A stretch of 64,000 nt of DNA from Lachnospiraceae bacterium (GTDB lineage: Bacteria > Bacillota > Clostridia > Lachnospirales > Lachnospiraceae), in the NCBI GenBank assembly GCA_029067085.1, contig JAIEFE010000015.1, forward strand, positions 55,633-119,632. The letters are read 5' to 3'. The position numbers and the translations under genes were made by a program. Positions within the stretch are counted from its first letter, which is position 1. The number at the start of each line of letters is the position of its first letter. Positions 57,249 to 64,000 of the stretch are shown piece by piece. The notes under the pieces are model-generated. The model saw only the letters and a list, made by a program, of their open reading frames with translations. It ran no database searches and was not told the DNA's origin.

Positions 57249-58559
57249 TTAAATCTGAAACGTTTCCTCCCATTTGCGCCCGTCCGTCGGGAAAAACTCT
57301 CCCAGCCCCAGCTCCGTCGCCACAACCTGCACCGTATCGGCGGAAGCCATGGACACCTGAAGCGCATATCTGGTGAAGGGCGCGCCAGTCTTTTTCGCTC
57401 CTGTAAGGGTTATTTCCTTTGTCTGCGGATTCTTTCCCGTGAGGGGCGTGATCACAAAGGAAATTGTCTTGTCCTCCCCCAAAAAAACCTCGCAGGTCTT
57501 GTGAAGCTCATACCAGTTTTCTCCCGCATCCAAAAGCGCGTAGTAGGATTCCTTTCCCCTGCGGAGCACATGCATACCGATGTTTGCCTTCAGCTTGTCC
57601 TCGCCGAGAAAAATATGGTCCTTCCCGGCCTCGCTCGGACTCCATTTCTCCAAAAGACTGTAGACCGCTCCCTGACTGAACAGATTGTTGCCCTGAAACA
57701 CTCTCCTGTTTTTACACAAAAACCGAAGGGAATCCCTGTGCCAGTCCTCTCTGAAACCGTCTCCCAGAAGATAGGCCGAAGAGACGATGCGCCCTTCGCA
57801 CAGATCCTGAAGGATCTCCAGAAACCGCTCGTCCGCCAGCCGGAAGGCATCCGTTTTCAAAGCTTCCGCCTCATCCTCCTCCGGAATCGGCAGCGTCTCA
57901 AAGAGCTGCTCCTCGATCAGAGTAACAATGGGGGTTGTCCTTTTGTTGCATGTCATACGATAGGTTCTGAGCCTCTCACCGTCATGTTCGCAGACAAGCG
58001 CATGGTAGGCCCACAACTCCGAGGGCTGATGCAGCATATAGGCATAGAGACTCTCCGTGTGGCTCTGAAAATAGATGCGGTCCGTCTTCAGATTCAGGTT
58101 GGCTGCGACCTGCAGCAAAATCTCCACCATACGGTCATCCGTACGCGCAACCGTCACCATGAAGGCGTCGATCTCCTCCACCGGGGCAATGATGCTGAGG
58201 AGCCCGAGGCTTCGCCTGACAAAAAGAGTCAGGAGCGCCGTCGGATCGTAGGTCTCCCCGTCAAGCGCAAGTTCCTTTCCCTCCCTCGCCAGATGGAGCA
58301 GTCCTTCCACCGGAAGCATATCCTCCTCCCCGGCGCTTCCTACCGCTTCTTTGCCGAAGAGCCACTGTTTCGTTCCCTTTCGTTTACATAACATAGCAGG
58401 AATGTTGTACTGTCTGGTTCCCACCACGGGCGCTAATGTCTCCACATCGCCCTTTCCGAAAAGGCAGTAGCTGATCTGAGCGAAGCGCTCTCCCAGGTCA
58501 TAACCTACGAACACACTTCCCCTATGCGGTTTTGTGTCTTCTTTGCGTTCCAGAAACAT
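57249..58559 (-). CDS. DUF5716-like protein with Hsp70/actin-fold-like N-terminus
   Basis: VGYDLG motif, YLLGDGF, QGNNLFSQGA, TELGLGEFFP. Confidence 0.7.
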   Translation of the reverse strand: MFLERKEDTKPHRGSVFVGYDLGERFAQISYCLFGKGDVETLAPVVGTRQYNIPAMLCKRKGTKQWLFGKEAVGSAGEEDMLPVEGLLHLAREGKELALDGETYDPTALLTLFVRRSLGLLSIIAPVEEIDAFMVTVARTDDRMVEILLQVAANLNLKTDRIYFQSHTESLYAYMLHQPSELWAYHALVCEHDGERLRTYRMTCNKRTTPIVTLIEEQLFETLPIPEEDEAEALKTDAFRLADERFLEILQDLCEGRIVSSAYLLGDGFREDWHRDSLRFLCKNRRVFQGNNLFSQGAVYSLLEKWSPSEAGKDHIFLGEDKLKANIGMHVLRRGKESYYALLDAGENWYELHKTCEVFLGEDKTISFVITPLTGKNPQTKEITLTGAKKTGAPFTRYALQVSMASADTVQVVATELGLGEFFPTDGRKWEETFQI

Positions 58560-58622
58560 AGTCTCCCCTTCACAGAGAATGCATGTTTATGGCATTCTCC
58601 TGCATACGAAGCGCCTCCCGCT

Positions 58623-61600
58623 CTAGCGTATCGAAAAAATCTGCTCCGTCATATGATCCTGCCGGAAATAAGTAAAGAGCAGATCCTCCACTGTATTGTA
58701 ATCCTGCAGCGTCTCTCCGATCATAATGTCATTTAAGATACTGAACCGACCGGCAAGACCGTCCTCCCCGGCATCGTTGTTGCTGACAACGCTGCTCTGG
58801 GTGATCTGTTCTCCTGCTGCCGTCTCCTCCGTGATGTAATATTGCAGCTTCTCCCCGAAAAAGAGGATAAAATCCTTGACATAGATTCCGCCGAACATAT
58901 CCCGCATTTCCTCGTGCGTATACTCCTGTCCGCCGCTTTCGCCGCCCTGCAGCAGATAATGGATCGTCACCCGGCTGCCGGGCTTCGTCCGATACTCCAC
59001 CATCGTCTTATCCAGATAAGCCGAGAGCTGCGCCGCGCTGCCAAAATAGCTTCGATAAAAGGGCATCACGATCCCCTGCGCAAGCAGTGTCTCCAAAAAA
59101 TCGCCGCAGATCTTCTCCGTCTCCACAGGCCGCTCCCTGTCCGCATAGAAACGCAGATAAGCAAGCTTACACACCGGATGAAACGACACATCCTCGCGAT
59201 AGAGCTGCTGCACGCTCTCAAACACATAAGAATCCGTGATCTCCTCATTCACCAGAAAATCGTGACAGCAGGCCGATACAAAAGCCGCCCGGACCCTGTC
59301 ACTGCCGCCGTTTAAACTGTAAGTGCGCAAAATCTCCAGCTTCTCCCCCACATGGGCGCCCGTATAGAGCATCTGTAAAAGCATGCGCTCACTCAGTTTG
59401 TAGGTATCAACACCAAAGGACTCCGCCACCAGCCAGACATCTCTCAGCTCCTTGATCGTACCGGAGAACCACTGCACCAGATAATTCAGGACATTATCGT
59501 CATATTTGCCCTTTCTCATCGCGTAAAAGAGCATTCCGGTCAGGAACGGATCCTCCTCCACCTCCTGCGATTTCGCTATCTCAAGCAGCCTGCTGCCGAG
59601 TTTGAAAAGGGTCTTTGCGTCCACCTCGTAAGGCCCGAACCTTCCGATCCACGTATAGGCCTCCTCGTACATACCGCGGTTCACCAGACAGCGGACGATC
59701 TCGCCGCGGTCCGCTTCGCTCACGTCTTCCGGACGCAGGGAAAGGAGATACTCGTCCAGCTCCCGCATCCTGTCCTTCTCATAATAGAAATCCACGAGCA
59801 TGCGGCGAATCTTTTTCCGCTCCTCCTCCTCGATCCGTTCCGACCGGGAGAGCAGCACAAAGAGATCCGCATTTTCCTCCTGCACCATGAAGCTATCCGG
59901 CCGTTCATAGCAGGAGTAGACCGCATAGCCCAGATGGTTTCTCACAAAAGGCGAGATCATCATGGCCAGTTTTCCGGGCCGCATCAGTGTCTCATCCTGA
60001 CAGGAAAGACTCTGCGTAAAACAGTTTCCCTCCCCGTCCCCAAGAAGGATCTTGCAGCCGCTCTCGTAGACCGGCACGAAGGCTCTGCCTTCCGTGATCG
60101 GATATCGCCTGATGTCCGCCCTGCAGGGATAGGCAAGCAGCACCTCCTTTACCTGCCTGCTCTCTGTCCTGATCTCACGCATAAAGAGCAGGGATACAAG
60201 GGCCCTTGCGCTCTCCTCGTCAATCATGGGCAGTTCCACAAGCTGACTGTAAAGATAAGCCAGATCCCGATTGATCCGCCCCCTCCGTATCTGCTCGACC
60301 ACAAAACGCTCCATGGCCGCCATATAGTTCGCGTAAATATCCGCAAGCGCATCCCGCCGCCTGTGTACATAGGCGTAGAGGCGGGCCGTCACCTCCCATG
60401 GCAGATCGCTCCTGTAGGCAAAATACATGAGCACCATCTGCGGCAGCTCACCATCGTAATCTGCCGGAAGCGACATCATATAATACTCATAAAGCCGGGT
60501 GATTCGAAGATTTTCCTCCACTCCTGCCCGATACCAGAAAAAACTGTCCTCTCCGCAGCGGTTTCCCTTGATGAGCTGCGTACAGATCTCGTGCAGCACC
60601 TCCTTGTGGGGAAGCTGCTCATAGCAGCCCTTCAAAATGCGCACCAGAGTCTCGGAATAGCTCCGCTTCTGCCCCGCCAGATACACCACCTGAAGCAGGA
60701 CATCCTCCTGCATCAGTTTATTTTTGACCGCGTAAGTCAATATCTGTTCCTCAAACCGGTCAAGCTTCCGCAGCATGGCCGGATTCATACAGATGACGTT
60801 CCAGGCCTCCATATAGAGGATCGGAGAGATACAATGTCCTAAAAACAGTTCCTCCAAAAGCATCCATCTGCGGGAGGTACTCTGGGTATACTCCTCTGAC
60901 AGATACAAGAGCAGCCAGGCGATCCGCCAGTCCCCTCTCCTGCGCTCGTAGATGTGCTTCACCCTCTCCGCCACCTCGTCCACATAGGCGTCATCACTAT
61001 TGACCAGTGTGGTCAAATATAGATAATAACACCAAAGGGCCGGATTCCTTTCCCGCTCGGCCTCCGCCGCGCCTCTCAGCTTTTCAATCTGCCATTTTGC
61101 CTCATTGTCACGCGAGCCGGAAATAAGCATCTGACTCTGAAACAGCTTCACGGCAACGTCCTTTCCGTCAAGCTGCTCCATCCTTGCAAGCAGCTTTTCC
61201 GTCTCGGCAAGCCAGACGGCCTTTCCTATCTTTTTCAGACGGTGCGCCTGATAGTATGTCATAAGCTGCACCGTAAGCTGTTTCTTCTCCCTTCTGAGTC
61301 CTGCGCGCCTTCCGTCCGGCATATGACGAAGCACGGTGACGGGTATCCTCGTTGTCTCGCTCTCCCGCAAAAGCAGGATCGCACCATAGTTGCAGCCGTC
61401 ATGAAGTTTCTCCGTGTCGATATGATAATGTAAACGGTAAATATTGCCCAAAAAGGAAACGTCGTCCACCGTCTCCTCCTCCGGCCTCAAAAAATCCCCC
61501 TCCGTCCGGATCAGCAGCTTCGTATAGCCCCATCCGTTCCGATTGATGACAAGGGTATAACGCATATCTTCCAAGGGTTCCTCGATCCTTACTTCACTCT

Positions 61601-62183
61601 CCTCGGGAATGTACTCCATCAGCTTCTTCTTGTTGATCTCAAGAAGAAATTCCTCCATATTATGGACATTTCCCGGCGTCGAGGACAGCCCTTTGTAGGC
61701 CGCATAATACTTCCTGTCATGTCCGGAAAAGACCCGCTTGAAAGCAGGAGAGTAAAAGAGCTTTACCGCCTCCTCAAAGCTGCTCCTGGCAAGATTCGTA
61801 AAATGAAAGAGATTGCGAATCTCCCCGAGGCTGGTGTCGATCTCCTCAGACTCGATCTTCACCTGAAAGGGCAGATAGTATTCTCCTCTGTTGGAGATGA
61901 TATGAAAGGAGCCGGAGACTTCCTCTCCCGCCTCCATCCCCGCAGCGTCAAAACGGTAAAATATCTCATCCTCACTGCCGCCGAAGCGCCTCGTCACGCA
62001 CTCCATCCTGAGGTCCGAAGCCGCCACACGCCCCTCCGTCACAAGCCCCTCCGGTCCGTACACGAAAAAAGAGCCCTCGCAGGCCGAGTCTGCCTGAAGG
62101 GACAGAGTGACTCGCGGGCAGGAAAAATCCAGAGAACCGTCATCTACATGAAATTTGCCGTCTAATATCTCGTCTACTACCAT
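58623..62183 (-). CDS. DUF5717-like large protein
   Basis: 1186-aa ORF; IRNLFHFTNLA, RITRLYEYYM, FILFFGEKLQYYITE (family recalled, not searched). Confidence 0.75.
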   Translation of the reverse strand: MVVDEILDGKFHVDDGSLDFSCPRVTLSLQADSACEGSFFVYGPEGLVTEGRVAASDLRMECVTRRFGGSEDEIFYRFDAAGMEAGEEVSGSFHIISNRGEYYLPFQVKIESEEIDTSLGEIRNLFHFTNLARSSFEEAVKLFYSPAFKRVFSGHDRKYYAAYKGLSSTPGNVHNMEEFLLEINKKKLMEYIPEESEVRIEEPLEDMRYTLVINRNGWGYTKLLIRTEGDFLRPEEETVDDVSFLGNIYRLHYHIDTEKLHDGCNYGAILLLRESETTRIPVTVLRHMPDGRRAGLRREKKQLTVQLMTYYQAHRLKKIGKAVWLAETEKLLARMEQLDGKDVAVKLFQSQMLISGSRDNEAKWQIEKLRGAAEAERERNPALWCYYLYLTTLVNSDDAYVDEVAERVKHIYERRRGDWRIAWLLLYLSEEYTQSTSRRWMLLEELFLGHCISPILYMEAWNVICMNPAMLRKLDRFEEQILTYAVKNKLMQEDVLLQVVYLAGQKRSYSETLVRILKGCYEQLPHKEVLHEICTQLIKGNRCGEDSFFWYRAGVEENLRITRLYEYYMMSLPADYDGELPQMVLMYFAYRSDLPWEVTARLYAYVHRRRDALADIYANYMAAMERFVVEQIRRGRINRDLAYLYSQLVELPMIDEESARALVSLLFMREIRTESRQVKEVLLAYPCRADIRRYPITEGRAFVPVYESGCKILLGDGEGNCFTQSLSCQDETLMRPGKLAMMISPFVRNHLGYAVYSCYERPDSFMVQEENADLFVLLSRSERIEEEERKKIRRMLVDFYYEKDRMRELDEYLLSLRPEDVSEADRGEIVRCLVNRGMYEEAYTWIGRFGPYEVDAKTLFKLGSRLLEIAKSQEVEEDPFLTGMLFYAMRKGKYDDNVLNYLVQWFSGTIKELRDVWLVAESFGVDTYKLSERMLLQMLYTGAHVGEKLEILRTYSLNGGSDRVRAAFVSACCHDFLVNEEITDSYVFESVQQLYREDVSFHPVCKLAYLRFYADRERPVETEKICGDFLETLLAQGIVMPFYRSYFGSAAQLSAYLDKTMVEYRTKPGSRVTIHYLLQGGESGGQEYTHEEMRDMFGGIYVKDFILFFGEKLQYYITEETAAGEQITQSSVVSNNDAGEDGLAGRFSILNDIMIGETLQDYNTVEDLLFTYFRQDHMTEQIFSIR

Positions 62184-62255
62184 AGATACAGTATATCATT
62201 GAGAGGGCCGCCTGCGCAACCCTCATTCCATATCCTGCATCCCGGATGCCGCCTC

Positions 62256-63257
62256 TCAGACTTCTTCGGAACATCTCCCGGCTTCCCGCTCCCCGTTCTG
62301 CTTCGTGCAATGTCGGACGAATCCGACGATTTCCCTCACCGCCTTCCGATACGCTTCCACATTGTCGATCATCGGTGCATGCCCGGCATCGGATATCAGA
62401 TAAAGCTTCTTGTCCGGCGCCAGCACATCCTCAAAATATTTCATGCTGATCTCGATCGGTGTCTGGCTGTCCTTCTCTCCAAGCACATAGTAAACCGGAA
62501 CCTGATAAGTATTTCCGCTTTTTTTCAAGTCAAAACACATCAGTTCTCTCATCAGCTGCATATTGACCGGCATACCCGTCATAAAAGGCAGAAGGTCTCT
62601 CATGCCAATGACGGGCGAGCGGCGCCACAGATCAATGACCGCCCTGCTGAAATCCTGCGCCAGCCCGTATTTTCCCTGCAGACTCCTGATCTGTCCCATC
62701 TTGCGGTAAGTATTCCAGTCAAAATGCGGTGTCGGGTACTCTCCGATCTTTTCCAGCTTCTTCCTGTCCTTTTTATTCCCGCCTTTCTCGATCGCAGCTT
62801 TCAGGATCGCGTAACCGGTCCGCTCGTTTTCCATAATATCAATGACCTGTCCGCATCCGATGTAACAAAGCGTATGCTCCGGGTGTTCCAGCGCAAACAT
62901 GCTGCCCAGAACGCTTCCCCATGAGTGTCCCAGAATCCCGATCTTCTCTTTGCCGTATAGTTTTTTTAAGTACAGCACGATCTCCAGCAGATCCCTTTTT
63001 AATGTTTCCGTGTCAGGCTTACTCTTTTTATTTCTCAGCCATGTCTTCCCCGCGCCGCGCTGATCATAATAGACTATGTTGTAATCGCGCTCTGCGTATT
63101 CCTCCACGACAAAGGCAAAGAAGCTCTCCGTCTGCCCCGGTCCGCCATGAATAAAAAGCAGGACGGGGTCTTCCGGCTTTGAGCGATAGTGCAGCAGATA
63201 GTGCTCGATTCCCGCAATGTGCGCATATTCTTCCGTGTATTGCTTTTCTGTCTTCAT
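62256..63257 (-). CDS. Alpha/beta hydrolase (proline iminopeptidase-like)
   Basis: HGGPG, DQRGAG, GHSWG, AGH. Confidence 0.9.
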   Translation of the reverse strand: MKTEKQYTEEYAHIAGIEHYLLHYRSKPEDPVLLFIHGGPGQTESFFAFVVEEYAERDYNIVYYDQRGAGKTWLRNKKSKPDTETLKRDLLEIVLYLKKLYGKEKIGILGHSWGSVLGSMFALEHPEHTLCYIGCGQVIDIMENERTGYAILKAAIEKGGNKKDRKKLEKIGEYPTPHFDWNTYRKMGQIRSLQGKYGLAQDFSRAVIDLWRRSPVIGMRDLLPFMTGMPVNMQLMRELMCFDLKKSGNTYQVPVYYVLGEKDSQTPIEISMKYFEDVLAPDKKLYLISDAGHAPMIDNVEAYRKAVREIVGFVRHCTKQNGEREAGRCSEEV

Positions 63258-63321
63258 AATTGATCCTCTTTTCCTTTCTGACTTCCACCCGACTGCCCTC
63301 TTTTGCCCTGCCGACATCCAC

Positions 63322-63999
63322 TCAACTGCCCTCTTTCACCCCGATCAGGTCATTTACTGTCTGCGCCAGCATCTTCAGCAGAATCCGCGGCTGATACAGC
63401 GCGGTAAGTGGATTTCTATCATGGTGATAGCAATTGTTTACGATGCAGGTCATCTGAATGCCGCCGTATGCGGAGGAGATAAATGCAAGCAGTTCTTCCG
63501 CACTCATGTTCGCATGGATTCTGCCAAGCGCAGCCTGCTCCTTGAAATACTCCATGGTGCGCATGGTCAGATACTCCATATTTCCGACTTCCGGAATGCC
63601 GCCCATGATCTTTTCGATCCTGTCAGGCCTGTTCATGGCAAGCACCGAAAGTTCAAAATCGATCTTCTCGATCCCCATCAATTCCCTTTCCATAAAATCC
63701 GCCAGCATTGCAAACAGCCGGTTCGTGATCTCGAGCGGCGACAGCACATCCTTCTGCCCCAGGATCTCGTCGATCTGCTCCTTGATACTTTCCCGCTCCC
63801 GCATCTGCCTGATCATATCCGAAAGAATCCCATCGATATCCTTATAAAATCGATAGATACCGCCCTGACTTAAGCCCGTCCTGTCAATGATATCCTGCAT
63901 GGTAACCGTGCTTACTGTTTTTTCCAGACACAGTTCATATGCCGCGTCCGTTATCCTCTTCTTTTTATTGACTATGTATTCTTCCGTAACTTTCGGCAT
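63322..63999 (-). CDS. TetR/AcrR family regulator
   Basis: VTMQDIIDRTGLSQGGIYRFY helix-turn-helix. Confidence 0.92.
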   Translation of the reverse strand: MPKVTEEYIVNKKKRITDAAYELCLEKTVSTVTMQDIIDRTGLSQGGIYRFYKDIDGILSDMIRQMRERESIKEQIDEILGQKDVLSPLEITNRLFAMLADFMERELMGIEKIDFELSVLAMNRPDRIEKIMGGIPEVGNMEYLTMRTMEYFKEQAALGRIHANMSAEELLAFISSAYGGIQMTCIVNNCYHHDRNPLTALYQPRILLKMLAQTVNDLIGVKEGS

Positions 64000-64000
64000 C

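Noticed and set aside
57249-62183. Wadjet defence system, suggested by DUF5716/JetA naming
   Set aside because: No SMC-like ATPase (Walker A) or Toprim nuclease gene is present.
63290-63340. Short direct repeat ACTGCCCTCTTT at the tetR 3' end
   Set aside because: Only 12 bp in two copies; a likely local duplication with no functional evidence.

Overview
Chromosomal segment of a gut Firmicute, most likely Lachnospiraceae (inferred from gene content), with almost all genes on the minus strand. The left 20 kb is accessory. It holds a giant secreted/surface protein gene (>4,550 aa, starts at 13670 and runs off the left edge, absent from the ORF track), a decayed Rpn/PD-(D/E)XK gene, an MCP, and a GHKL-LytTR-GHKL module. 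The giant gene and the MCP share a near-identical ~72-bp promoter block with LytTR-type 21-bp-period direct repeats. The block is bounded on the right by a tRNA-Pro with the rare anticodon AGG. The rest is core-like: pepD, PadR-FtsW/RodA, infC-rpmI-rplT with L20 leader, T-box/thrS, GH2, tcdA, MATE, fprA, a probable 3alpha-HSDH, purA, rarA, bactofilin plus degenerate M23, a hybrid kinase-RR-CheX-CheY cluster, CDF, purB and an uncharacterised DUF5717/DUF5716/TPR/membrane operon. Non-coding highlights are a candidate sigmaF/G-driven anti-Shine-Dalgarno sRNA, a TIR-bounded REP/MITE-like element inside the thrS leader, and twin PadR operators. Family assignments come from motif recognition and memory, not database searches.
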